From NCBI RefSeq assembly GCF_001194135.2, contig NC_068982.1, positions 167,335,984-167,399,983 on the forward strand: DNA of 64,000 nt, read 5' to 3'. The notes under the pieces were generated by a model that saw only the letters and a program-made list of their open reading frames with translations, was not told the origin of the DNA and ran no database searches. Positions 12,304 to 25,226 of the stretch are shown piece after piece; position 1 is the stretch's first letter; every line of letters begins with the position of its first letter. The stretch is from Octopus bimaculoides (Eukaryota). A program made the translations under genes and the position numbers.

Positions 12304-14470
12304 ATGTTTAATGTCTGCTTTTTATGCTGGCATGGGTTGGATGGTCTGACTGAGGGCTGGCAAGCCAGAAGGTTGTACCAGGTTCCAATCCGATCTGGCA
12401 AATTTTCGACAGCTGGATGCCCTTCCTAATGCCAACCACTCAAAGAGTATAGTGGGTACTTTTTACGTGCTGCCGGCACGAGGGCCAGTCAGGTGGTACT
12501 GGCATCGACCATGGTGTTTTTATGTGCCACCGGCGCAGGACCAGTCAGGTGGCACTAGCATCAACAACACTTGAATGGTGCTTTTTACATGCCACCAGCA
12601 TGGGTACTGATCAGGCGGTAGTGTCATTGGCCGTGACAACAATTTCACTTGCCTCAACAAGTCTTCGTAAGCACAGTTTATCGCCCAATGATCGAAGGGT
12701 ACTCTTAAATGGGTTGGTTATGCTGCACTGGCATAGGCCACGGTTACGATTTCACTTGGCTTGCCAGGTCTTCTCAAGTACAGCATATCTCCAAAGGTCT
12801 CGGTCACTTGTTTTCGCCTCGGTGAGGCCCAATGTTCGAAGGTCGTGCTTCACCAGGTCTTCCTTGGTCTACCTCTTCCACAGGTTCCCTCAATCGCTAG
12901 GGTGTGACACTTTTTCACACAGCTGTCTTCATCCATACACAACACATGACCATACCAGCGCAGTCGTCTCTCTTGCACACCACATCTGATGCTTCTTAAG
13001 TTCAACTTTTCTCTCCGGGTGCTTACACTCTGTTGTGTATGCACACTAACATTACACATCCAGCAGAGCATACTGGTTTCATTCCTCGCAAGCTTATGCA
13101 TGTCCTCAGCAGTCACAGCCCATGTTTCACAGCTATGTAGCATGGCTGTTCGTACACATGCGTCATACAGTCTACCTTTTACTCTGAGCGAGNNNNNNNN
13201 NNNNNNNNNNNNNNNNNNNNNNNNNNNNNNNNNNNNNNNNNNNNNNNNNNNNNNNNNNNNNNNNNNNNNNNNNNNNNNNNNNNNNNNNNNNNNNNNNNNN
13301 NNNNNNNNNNNNNNNNNNNNNNNNNNNNNNNNNNNNNNNNNNNNNNNNNNNNNNNNNNNNNNNNNNNNNNNNNNNNNNNNNNNNNNNNNNNNNNNNNNNN
13401 NNNNNNNNNNNNNNNNNNNNNNNNNNNNNNNNNNNNNNNNNNNNNNNNNNNNNNNNNNNNNNNNNNNNNNNNNATAGCACCTGAGCATTTGCCACATACA
13501 AAAACTATCTCCCCAGTTAGCCTTCCTTTGATATTGCTGCACCTCTTATGTGTCCATAGCTTACACTGGGAACATCTTATGGAGTTTCTACCTATTCCTT
13601 TTCTACAGATTGAGCAGGGCCATCTACCTGAAGGGATCTGTGGTTTGTCTGCCTTCCTACTTATTAAGACTTTGGTTTTAGCTAGGTTGACTCTAAGGCC
13701 CTTCGATTCTAATCCTTGCTTCCACACCTGAAACTTCTCCTCTAGTTCCTATAGTGACTCAGTAATTAGAACAAGGTCATCAGCATAGAGGAGCTCTCAG
13801 GGGCATCCTGTCTTGAATTCCTGTATTATTGCCTAGAGGACTATGATGAATAAGAGTTGGCTGAGGATTGAACCTTGGTGGACCCCTACCTGGAATTCTT
13901 CACTATACTCATTGCCAACCCTCACCTGACTGATACCGTCCCTGTACATGGTTCACACAGCTCTCACTAACCATTCATCTATCCCTAGTTTCCTCATTTA
14001 CCACCAGATAAGGGATCGGGGGACCCTGTCAGAGGCTTTCTCCATGTCAAGGAAAGCTAGGTACAGAGGTTTATCTTTGGCTAGGTATTTCTCCTGCAGC
14101 TGTCTTACCAGAAATATAGCATCAGTAGTGCTTTTCCCTGGCACAAGCCCAAACTGCATCTCATCTAGACTGACTCTCATTACCTGATACAACAACTTGA
14201 TACTTTTGTATCTAATGCATCACCTTTTCCTTTGTAGCAGTTGACTATGGTGCTGCTATACCAGTCATTGGATATGACTCCTTCATGTATCACCTGATTC
14301 ACTATATGGGTGACTAGACTATAGCCAATACCGCCAGATATTTTAAGCATCTCTTCAGTGATTCCTGATGGGCTGGGGGCTTTCCCTGTCTTCATACTTT
14401 TAATTGCTTTATCTACCCAAGGTGCTGTCAATTTGGATAGCTGGTCCCTCTGTTGGGAACCAGGTTACAG
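12255..14470 (-). mobile_element. 5'-truncated RTE-clade LINE: RT domain, inserted PHD finger, C-terminus, 3'UTR and (GAT)16 tail; non-functional
   Basis: Track ORFs give KAIKSMKTGKAP, QFGLVPGKSTTDAIFLVRQLQEKY, LAFLDMEKA, RLRWYGHV and GRGRPRKTW. YADD lies at 13776-13787. In-frame stops near 13750-13800, an internal deletion near 14200 and an N-gap at 13193-13473. Confidence 0.95.
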
Positions 14471-14823
14471 ATTTGATTCTCTGGGAGTTTGTCTCCGTTC
14501 TAGAGTGTGGATATAAAATCAGTATCGGTTTTATATTTCAAAGTACTCTCATTTGTAATTATCTCTTTGTGGCCAGTATAATGGAATTGTATCCTAAGAT
14601 ATATTACTTGAATACTGGAAAAAGTGGTTTCAAATATTGCTGGTGAATGTGATGTTTTATTGGATGCAAGTTCTGTAGAAATAAATTCCAGGTAGATAGG
14701 TTGAGGTCAGAATTGGATTTCACCTTTTGGTTGTAGTTATTTCACTTTTGTTACAAATGCTCTTAGGAAAGGCATGAACATTGTGATCTCACTTTCTCCT
14801 TTCTCATTATGAATCTAGTGCAT

Positions 14824-14875
<52 letters not shown>

Positions 14876-16269
14876 ATGTTTGAAATTGTATTGAGTTCAA
14901 ATAATGTTCTTATATTCTGTTACTAGTTTCAACTATTGGACTGCAATCATGTGAGGAGTGAGGTGAGGGTGGGCTACCACCAAGGTATTGTAGTCAATTA
15001 TTTTGACTTGATTACTTATTTCAGCTTGTCTTTATTTCAATAATCTGTATTTATTGAATGACTAAGTTAAATGTTTAGCACAAAAAACCACAGCTCAGTG
15101 TGCTGTTTTACACTGGGTACACACACATACATACTCTGTTATATTGAAAATGTGATAGTGTTCTGTTATTATTAGTATTATTTTCCTTTTTAATTAATGA
15201 CTGTTCCTATTTACTTATTAATCTTTTATGTTAGTTTGAAACAACATTTTCCTCAGCCCACCTATATTTTAAAGCCTCAGCTTCATTTTCTAAATGAAGT
15301 TGTGATAGAGGCGTATTTTGCCACTGTTTTGAACATCATAAGAAGGAGGTCATGGGAATGAGGGAATGACTTAATTGATAAATCCATCATTACTGGATTT
15401 GAAATTGTTTAATGGTTAACTACAGTTACTTTCATAGTTTGTGTGCTTTGTCAGTGTGTTGAGGATTGTATCAAGGAATGTTAGTTTTGTTTATCTCCCA
15501 CTTTATAACATGAGTAACTTACTGCATGCAAAATACCTTGAATATGAAATATATTGTAAAAAGGAGGAAATGATTAAACATTATTCTATACATGGACTCT
15601 GATGCTGTTGATTTTGACAAATAAGTTTCCAGTGCTTATGATTAATGGAACTACCCACCTGATAAAGTTTAGTGTAAGTGGCTGAGTATTCCACATGCTT
15701 TTACTCATGATATAATCTTCAAGCAGAGTCAACATATGACTGGGTAACAAGGTTATGTCATTAAGAAGTTTGCTTCACAATCACAGGGTTCCTGGTTCAA
15801 TCCCAGTGCTTAGCATGTTTGATAAATGCCTTCTGTGATAGCCTCAGATCAACCCAAGCTTTGTGAGTGAAATTGAAGTAGATGAAAACTATGTCGAAGG
15901 CCATCTGATGGGCTATAATTATGATGTGGGTGTTTGTATGTACTTGCTCTTTTGTCCATGTATGTGTACATACATGTGTGCTCACACTCACCCCCCTTCT
16001 CTTTCTTTAAAAAGTTTCCCTCTATGTAAAGCTTTATGATATGCAGAAAATAACTAAAATTTCATACATTGTGGCATTATTATACTGCTAGCTATTGTTG
16101 TAGAGACCTGAAGGCTACACTTTGTGAAGCTTGTAGTTGTAGGCTCTTAGTGGCAGGAAACATTTCCTTCTTTAAGTTCACTTACTATGTACCGCTATTC
16201 AATTTAAAAGTTGTAAAATGAAAAACTCTCTCTCTCTCTCTCTCCACTTCTGTGACTGCTGATTCTGTC

Positions 16270-16560
16270 TAAGGAGGTAAAAAGTTTGTTTCCTCACCAC
16301 ATGGTTCTGGGTTCAGTCTCACTGCATGATATAGGTAAATGTCTTCTATTGTAACCTCAGGCTGACCAAAGCCTTGTGAGTGGTTTTGGTAGATGGAGAC
16401 TGAAAGAAACTTGTTGTGTACGTGTGTGTGTGGTTTTGTGTTTGTCCCCCCCCTCCCCTTGATAACTGGTGTTGGTTTGTTTATGTCCCCATAACTTAGC
16501 AATTCTGCAAAAGAGACAAGTAGAATATGTACCAAGCTTGAAAAAAAAATTAAGTGCTGT
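16270..16560 (+). mobile_element. SINE family A copy, diverged
   Basis: ccacatggttctgggttcagtc...gaccaaagccttgtgagtggttttggtagatggagactgaaagaa...cataacttagc. Confidence 0.85.
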
Positions 16561-17869
16561 TGTGATCGTGACTGCAACACCCTAGCCACTAGGCCATAAA
16601 ATCAATAGAGCCAGTCAAACTGATGAAATATGATTGTGGTCACTAAACTTGCCACCAGTGGCTGCCAAATCTCCAAATTACTCCTTATAATTTGGAAGAA
16701 AGAGGAACAACACTTGGATTATGTAGTCCTTTTAAATATACCATTCTCATCCTGCTTTTGAATTGCAGTACATATTAGGTAAACAAAAAGCTTTAAGGGT
16801 AACATGTTTCCTCTCACAAATTGTCTACAAATTTATTAAGCCTTGTGATCTCCACAGTAACCAGCAGTATAATTACACCACGGTATTGTAAAATGTAGTC
16901 GTTTTATGCATCAGTTAATATGGTCCGTGCCAAACAACAACTTCAAAAGTTAGTCAATACCATTCAGATACGAACTTTTACCCAACCCTTGGTAGCATGG
17001 AAAACAAACAAAACAATAATGATGAGGATACCACTGCCATGCTAGGACAGGATGAGTTGGATAGGTCTTGGCACTAATTGGGATCTTTGTCATCTGGAAT
17101 ACACAGCAACAAAGAACACATGCTTTAAGGATCAATAATAAGGGGTGGGGATGAATTGATTTTTTTAAAGAACTATTTCTAAGGCACATGCTATTTATCT
17201 TAGGAATTCTTGAGTTATCTCCCCTATTGTCAACCAGTTTGTTGTTCCATAGATGAAATTTCAAAACCATTTCTATTTGTAATAGTTGTTGTCTAGTCCA
17301 AGACCAGCCTTCATTGAAAATATTCGAACCATGTCCTGACCATATCTTTTTCAGGCAGTAGAACATTATCCAGTCTGTCCTTTTTTTTTTAAAGACTAGT
17401 TTAATTTGAGTGAGATTTGGCCAAGGGGGTTTGATGTCCTGCATGAATTCATAGTTGATGCCCGTCTCAAGAGAAAAAAAAAAAGTAGTTTTATTAATTG
17501 TTATTTGATCTGCAATTTAAAAAAATATTTTTTATTCATTGCTTCATAAAATAGGTCTAATAAATTGTCACTTTTTCAAATAACCAGGGTTAATTTTTGT
17601 AGTATAGTGTTTTTTTTTAAAGTTTGATGGTATTAGCTTGATGATGTCATACTATCCCTTCAGTATATCCTCTGCATCTTAGCTTTTGTCTGTCGTGTGA
17701 TTTGATATCACTATTTTTACCCTTGGTTACCTTCAACCCTGAGTCCACTTGCTGAATGTTTTTGAACCAGGTTTGATAACTTGATAAACTGATATCTGTA
17801 AGGGAGTACAGATAGAAGTGGCTTTCCAGCAGATGCCCACCGTCCAGTTCTGACAGTAACATTATGGTA

Positions 17870-18210
17870 ACATTATAATGATAATAATTTCAAATTTTGA
17901 CACAAGGCCAGTGATTTTAGGGGTAAATAGATTACATTTACTCCAGTGCTCAACTGTTACTTTATTTTATCAAATCTGAAAGGATGAAAGCCAAAGTTGT
18001 AAGAGCTGGAAGAAATGCCACTAAGTATTTTGTTCAATGCACTAACAGTTTTCTCAGCTTGCCACCTTAATAATGATAACAGCAATCCTTTCTACTATAG
18101 ACACAAAGCCTGAAGTTTAAGGGTGGAGGCAAGTCAGTTACATCAATCCCAGAGCACAACTGCTTCTTTATTTTATTTCACCTGAAAGGGTGAAAGGCAA
18201 AGTCAATATT
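17870..18210 (-). mobile_element. Two tandem degraded SINE B copies
   Basis: Repeated cacaa(g/a)gcc...attacat...ccag...caactg...ttattttat...tgaaagg(a/g)tgaaag motif separated by AAT-rich linkers. Confidence 0.7.
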
Positions 18211-18611
18211 TTATGAAATACTTGTAGACCATGTAAATGGTTTCCATATTTGCATGAGTTGGTCATAATTTGATGAGGTAGATATTTTTATGGCGAGATG
18301 TCCTTCCTGTTGCAAACTCTTATCTGTTTCCAATTAAAGCAAGTTTGTCTGTGATAATTTACATAATTTTTATACAATGAGTATTTCTGACCAAGATTTG
18401 TGTAAAACTTAAAACCAGTTGAGTCAAAATAGGAGTTACTGATGAATAATAAAATAGAAAAACTAAAAGTACTTTTGTTTAGGTTGCTAATATTATTGGA
18501 AAATTGATAGACGCCACACTCTGTTTTCATTTCTGCATTCAAACATTTCCTATCCAGGAAAATCAGCAGGTCACATTTAGTATATTTGCCATATGATTTA
18601 TGCTTTTCTAA

Positions 18612-18782
<171 letters not shown>

Positions 18783-19431
18783 TGATGACTTAAGAAAAAA
18801 ATATTACACCATGACCTGACACTTAGTTGGTAACTAAGTATATGACTATATACTTTACAGATGATTTCTAACTGTTTTATGTGTTATAATTCTTGACCCA
18901 GCTTAAACATGGTATAACTCTATAATCAGTGGTTATTCTGTATCCGTATGCATCTATCCTTATCCTATTCAACCATACCGTCCATCCCATTTTATCAGCT
19001 CTTCCTCACTGCTATGTTATGATGACAACTAGAATTATTATGCACAAGTACATTGTTAATAGTTTCAAAATAAACAAAAGTCACTTTATAATAGTCATTA
19101 ACTACACATCACTCCATTGTTTAACTTGGGTAGTTATCAGATTTTTGGAAGTGAAATCAAGAGAATGAAATCTCGTCTTAAATATCAGTTGGTCTTCCAA
19201 CATTTCAGGAAAGCTGAAAAATCTGCTTCAAATATTTCAAAGTTCTTTTACTGGTCACATATGTTATTCTTGAATGTGTATAAATACTTAATTTTGTTTA
19301 ATTTGGAATGGTCACTGCCAATACACTAAGCAAGGGGTAAAAATCAACAAACAAAATAAATGGCATCTGTAAAAATTTAAATTCAATTCTTCTTTCCTCA
19401 TTACCCTTGTAGGTGTGAATATAATATATGA

Positions 19432-19770
19432 ACCAGCGTCGCCTTCCTGGCACTTGGCCGGTGGCACGTGAAAAGACGTTTTAGCGAGGTCGTTGCCAGT
19501 GTTGCTGGACTGGCTCCTGTGCAGGTGGCACATAAAATACACCATTTTGAGTGTGACTGTTGCCGGTACCACCTGACTGGCCTTCATGCCGGTGGCACGT
19601 AAAAGCACCCACTACACTCTCAGAGTGGTTGGCGTTAGGAAGGGCATCCAGCTGTAGAAACTCTGCCAAATCAGATTGGAGCCTGGCGTAGCCATCTGTT
19701 TCGCAAGTCCTCAGTCAAATCGTCCAACTCATGCTAGCATGGAAAGCGGACGTTAAATGATGATGATGAA
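19432..19770 (+). mobile_element. RTE-LINE 3'UTR and tail, sense orientation
   Basis: aaaagcacccactacactctcagagtggttggcgttaggaagggcatccagctgtagaaactctgcc...gcatggaaagcggacgttaaatgatgatgatg. Confidence 0.9.
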
Positions 19771-21916
19771 AGTATATTAATGAAAATATACTGTATCTGT
19801 TACAAATTAAATTTTACCAACAAATACATTTGTTATATTCTGTCTTTGTCTCTCCTCTTATTATCTCTTTGTCTTCCTCTGTTTCTTATGCATAGTTGTA
19901 TACAGCAATAGATATGTCAGAAACATCATCATCATCATCATCATTTAACGTCCGTTTTCTATACTGGCATGGGTTGGACGGCTTGACAGGAACTGGAGAA
20001 TAAAAAAGGAAAGGGGAAATGAGTATAAAATAGGAGGGGGTGATTTTCATTTTCTCAGTAGCCTGTACTTGACTTTTGAAATATGTTCCTACTTTAGGGA
20101 GTAATGAAAATGCTTACATGTCTGTTACGAATTCTTGTAATGATGTCATATACTGCACTTGGAGCTGAACCTATTCCCCCTCCCCCCACCCTTATTCCTC
20201 TAAGTAGTGAGAGTAGTTGAGTCAGAGCCATACAGAAATTTGATCTTCACAATTACAGAAGTCCTCTGTATTTTATAATTGCTTCATTGCTTTAATTTCA
20301 CAATACAAGAAGTTGGAACCAAAATAAAACAAGCAAAAATATACAAAATAAATGGAAAAAAAGTCTTTTGGAAAGGTTAAGAAAAAGATGTCACCAAATT
20401 CTCTTGGTTGATAATTAAATGAATTTTTGGATGTATTTAACATATTTAAAACATTTTCATGAGGGGAAGTTATTGGAAATGAAAGGTAAAGATTTCTAAC
20501 CTGTTTGATATTATCAGTTTTAAGCAACAAGTTCTTTTAATTTTCTTGAAAAGGATTGGCTTAAATGTCTTGTGTAATTTTTATTTTTAGATTTAGAAAT
20601 TTGTGATTCTAAACCTTGATGCCAATTATTTATTTTTTTCTCTCATTAAAAATAAAATTTTTTGATATTTTTAAGAGTCTTGGCTAATTTTCTGATGCTC
20701 TAGTAAACTCCCGTTAAGCTGATTCAGCAACTTTTATTTCTTCAGCTTTTATCATTTTGTGTTCAATATTTGTGAACATAGGTTTCTTGAAAAACATGTC
20801 ATCTCATCTTCTATATTGTCCTCTATAAATTTAAGACCTTTGCCTGTAAATAACTGTTTGTAAGGGCTGCAAAACAAAAAGTTTATAGTGTGCTGAGTTT
20901 ATGAACCTTTGATTTTAAATTGAAGACACTTCATTACTTTATGCTAATGCCACTAATATCTTTGAAAAATACATCACATGAGCTCATTCTCCGTGGTAAA
21001 TCTATGTTTAAAGCTTTGCTCAAGCTCTACAATAACCAGCTTCCTGATTCTTCCCCCTCAGAATGTCAATTTTCTGGATTACCCCAACTTCTTGCATTTT
21101 CTTGCAGACTGCGACCTACATATATCCAAATTAAAACAATTTATTTTTTAAAGTTTTAACAGATTACTTCACCACTGCTAACATCTGTTGTTTTATATAT
21201 GTATCTTCACAGAAAACAGTGAATGTTTCTTACATTTTATCCCATTTATTTAAATCTTATTTTACTTTGATTGTGAAGAAAGGTCACATCTTATGAAAGC
21301 CTTAGAAGAGTAGAGGAAGTGATTAAGATTAGTGGACAAAAGTGGTCTTTTAAGGATTCGAGCTTTATGTAGTGTGAAAATAAACACGACTAGATTAGAA
21401 CAATTGGCATGTGCAAAGATAATTAACAATAAAGGTTGGCGTCGTCTGTTTATTACTGTTCAATAATTGTGATAAACTTTCAGGCTAAACTGAAGCATCC
21501 AGAATTTTGGACAAGCCTGTCCTTTCATATATTTGACTATCTTCTTGCCCATAGGCATATTTAAATCCACCTGACTTGTTTTTGCTGTCAATACTATCAA
21601 AACCTACTGGTGTCCAGAAACAGACACATTAGTAAAGAAAATGTATCCTACCTTGATTGCCACACTGCACTTCATACAATTAACCATTGCATGTTGCAGC
21701 TGCAGTGTGGTTCTAGCTGGACAAAAACATGTGATCCATGAATCACACTTACTTATGTGGCCAACTATAGATGTTCCATAAAGTTGTTTGTTTTGGTCCG
21801 AGACTACATAACAACAGCAACAAAGACCACAACAGCACATATACTAAAAACAAATTTTTGTTATGAGGGAAATACATAGAAACATAGTATCAAAAGGAAA
21901 ATTGCATTGTTCTTGA

Positions 21917-22066
<150 letters not shown>

Positions 22067-22856
22067 TAGGTGTTGATTACAGACATGTGCACATATGCGC
22101 GCTCTGCATTTTGTTTCATATTTTTTGCTAATGTTCTGACAATTGATATTTTGTTACTCGATTGCGCCAAATTCAATTTTCCCTTCGATCTACTACTAAA
22201 TATATCTTACATAATCTGGTAAAAATTAAAGATCAACATGTTTTCAAATAATAGAAAAATAAAAAACTTTCCCACCACCTCCATAACATCACACCCGCAT
22301 GCCTGATGCTAGGCAAAATGGCTGAGTGCTGAATTTTAGTGTGATTAACTCAGGAGTATAACGTAATATAGGATTTGAACTTATAATTATGTGATCAGGA
22401 GTCTGACGTCTTAACTAGCAGCAGTTTTACCTCAAATGTCTGTCATTTTTACTATATAGATACATACTTCCAGGTCTTGCTTTTGCCCTGTTTCTAGCAG
22501 CCCTCTTCATCAGGCCAGCCTGGTGTGGATGCTGATTTAGTCACCAATGACCTGACATATTAACAGGTTGTACTTGATTACATATTACCAGTAGCACTGA
22601 AAGTACCCTAACATAAATGTGCGTGCGTGCACACACACACGCGCACACACTTTTCATTTTTCATGGAAAATTGAGAAGCGCTCAATGCACATCTCTGCTA
22701 GAATTGTTTGGTCTGTTAGAATTGTGTGTCATTAAACAGGTTTAATTCCACATACCTAAATGTTTTATATAGTTGATGTCAGTTGACTTGAAATTTTCAG
22801 GCACTAGGAATCAATTCTGTCAGAGCAACATGCAGTTCTCTGTCTGTCTGTCTCTG

Positions 22857-22890
<34 letters not shown>

Positions 22891-23049
22891 TACTCTGTAA
22901 ACTAGTGGTCATTAGGGAGGACCTCCAACTGTAGAAACAATGCCAGCATGGAAGGTGGACATAAAATTATGTAGTCTGTGAATGTATGTAAATACACACA
23001 TACACACAAAAGCTTTCGTTTGTAACCTTCTATATATTAAAAGCTGATC

Positions 23050-23142
23050 ACAGGCATGGCCGTTTGCTAAGAAGTTTGCTTCTACTATAGCCCCAGGCTG
23101 ACCAAAGCCTTGTGAGTGGATTTGGTAGATGGGAACTGAAAG

Positions 23143-23174
<32 letters not shown>

Positions 23175-23370
23175 TTGTGCTTGCCTATCACCACTTCTTG
23201 GCAGCTGGTGTTGTCTTCTTTACATCCTCATAACTTAGCAGTTCAGCAAAAGGGTCCGATAGAAAAAGTACCATATTTAAAAAAGGTAAGTACTGGGATT
23301 GATTCGTTTGACTAAACACTTCAACGCAGTTCAATGACTGAAACAAGTAAAAAGTAATAAATGATAAAAG
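23050..23370 (+). mobile_element. SINE family A copy, diverged
   Basis: ctactatagccccaggctgaccaaagccttgtgagtggatttggtagatgggaactgaaaga...(GT)n...cataacttagcagttcagcaaaag...gactgaaacaagtaaaa. Confidence 0.82.
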
Positions 23371-23538
23371 ATGATATTTAGCAAAGACACATATACGAGC
23401 TAATAGCGTTCAATGTCAGTCTACTTAGTTTTCTCCCTTACACAAACACTTACAATGAAGGAAACAAGTTCCAGGGAGATTATTCATGTGTGTATATATT
23501 GTTGACATGATAACCTTCAAAGCTGTTATCATCTATTA

Positions 23539-23910
23539 TCTATATATATAAAGATGAGAATGTGTGTGTGTATGTGTCTGTCTGTGTGTCTGCGTGAATC
23601 CCTAAAACTTGACAACAACACAACCAATTTCATTCAAATTTTACACATGCCTTACTTAGGGTCCATGTAGTGTCTTAGTTCCCCCCCACCCAATTTTAAC
23701 TTCTTGCCAAGTGCGACCCCAGAGCAATATCATATCTCCTCCACTATTGCAGTATTACATGTCAAAAGTGAAACAATAACATCTCTATTGTTATGTCAGA
23801 TATTTTCACTTTAATAGTTTCACTTTAATACTGAAACTATTAAAGTGAAACTATTCTCACGTATATACAGGCATATATACATACATACATACTTACATAT
23901 ATATAATATA

Positions 23911-23949
<39 letters not shown>

Positions 23950-24214
23950 TGGTGCTCCATGACCTCCATTTTTCAGGAGCAAAATCCTTTTAACAGGTTC
24001 CATAAGACTGGGATTTTGAAATCTGCGCATAAAGATCAGTAGTATGGGATACATGTGTCATGATTACAATTTTTTTAGGGTGTGTAAAGAGGGAAAGAAC
24101 CCTCATCTGCAATTTTGTGAATCATAGGTATTCCAGTTCATTAGAGAAAATATAACAGAAAAGTTTAATTCTTCCATTGCATGTAACATGGGCAACACCA
24201 GGTATCTCTGCTAG
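23539..24214 (+). mobile_element. Non-autonomous Helitron (676 bp)
   Basis: 5' A|TCtatatatataaa then (GT)n; 3' catgggcaacaccaggtatctctgCTAG|T. Fits the Helitron TC...CTAG termini inserted between A and T with no TSD. Confidence 0.8.
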
Positions 24215-25144
24215 TTTATTATAAATTACTTTTCTCTGTTATCACAGCTAATCTTATTCTTGAAGCAGAATCCTGCAAGAGAAACATTCCAAACTAAGAA
24301 TAATTGGTGCAGTTAGCGATTTTTTAACATAATCCCATGCTGCTTGACAGTATAGAAGCACAAACTTCCACTGTCCTTTAGGAAACAACCTTGCAAAACT
24401 AAGAAGGGAGCAAGAAATATGTTGTCTTCATTATGAGCGATGGATGCACAAATTGTACCGTCGGGGTCTTTGGCAAAGTGACAGATGTGGTGGTTGCCCA
24501 GAATTATTTGTATAAAATTGATAATTGGTATTTTTTGTTATATAGCTCTTGTTAGTACTAGATGTGCTGTAACAAAGTCATGACAGTTAGAGCAAGGAAA
24601 TGAGTGCTGAAAGTTAAGGAAGACAGACCTCTACTGGCTACAGTAAATTTCTGTTTTTGTGCAAAAAGTTGAGTTCAAGAACCATGAGTAAAAGTTGTGA
24701 TACTGCTTGGCAGTAAGACATGGATATTGAATGTGGAAGATCTGCTTGATACAGCATGAGATGATGTTTAACTGCATAAAGAAATAACACAAATAAGGCA
24801 GGCCGTTAAAGGTATCAGCTGAGACAATTAGGCAAGTATTGATATATGATATGAATGCTGATAAGTGTTAAGAGGTTTAAAAAAAAAAAAAAAAAAAAAA
24901 AAGAAAGAAATGTCATGTTCTGCCAGTTGAGTTTTCTTGGAAAGAGGAAGACATAGTGGAGATTGAAGTCAAATTTGAAGATGTTGGACTTCAGAAAATA
25001 TTACAAAAGATTGAGACTAGCGTGATAATATGCCGGACTGCAGAGCCATTCAACACACACGTTTATAGAATGTATTCATTCTGTTATTTATTAAACAATC
25101 TATGTTGAAATCTCTCTCTCTTATTCGTACTCTTTTCTTTTTAG

Positions 25145-25226
25145 GTCCCCTGCATTTAGTCATTTCATCAGCAAGTGCCTCATCAAAGATCCAGCACAGC
25201 GTCCAACGGCAGCTGAATTGCTACAG
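25145..25226 (+). CDS. SLK: SLK-like kinase exon (subdomain XI): (W)SPAFSHFISKCLIKDPAQRPTAAELLQ; 82 nt
   Basis: Acceptor tcttttctttttag and donor gtgaac. Contains the CL.KDP..RPTA.ELL kinase C-terminal motif and is in phase. Confidence 0.95.

Noticed and set aside
16950-17444. 164-aa minus-strand ORF with an apparent acceptor and hydrophobic end
   Set aside because: No recognisable domain; its 3' end overlaps a decayed LINE-tail motif (ttttccatgctaccaagggttggg).
20700-21150. Minus-strand IYVGRS resembling a GIY-YIG/Penelope motif
   Set aside because: A single short match with no supporting downstream motifs.
21753-21803. Possible 51-nt antisense exon (tatgtag ... ataa|gtaagt)
   Set aside because: An isolated AG/GTAAGT pair with a poor pyrimidine tract, no partner exons and no recognisable peptide; expected by chance.
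22100-22135. Possible editing-complementary sequence pairing with the MHQM codons of the preceding exon
   Set aside because: Only loose, gapped, AT-rich complementarity that cannot be told from chance by eye.
22340-22420. tRNA-like B-box (gttcaaatcc on the minus strand)
   Set aside because: No cloverleaf could be built; most likely a decayed SINE head, like the tRNA-type heads of SINE A and B.
23280-23295. AG|GTAAGT as a third ratchet point
   Set aside because: Preceded by an A-run rather than pyrimidines, and part of the SINE A sequence.
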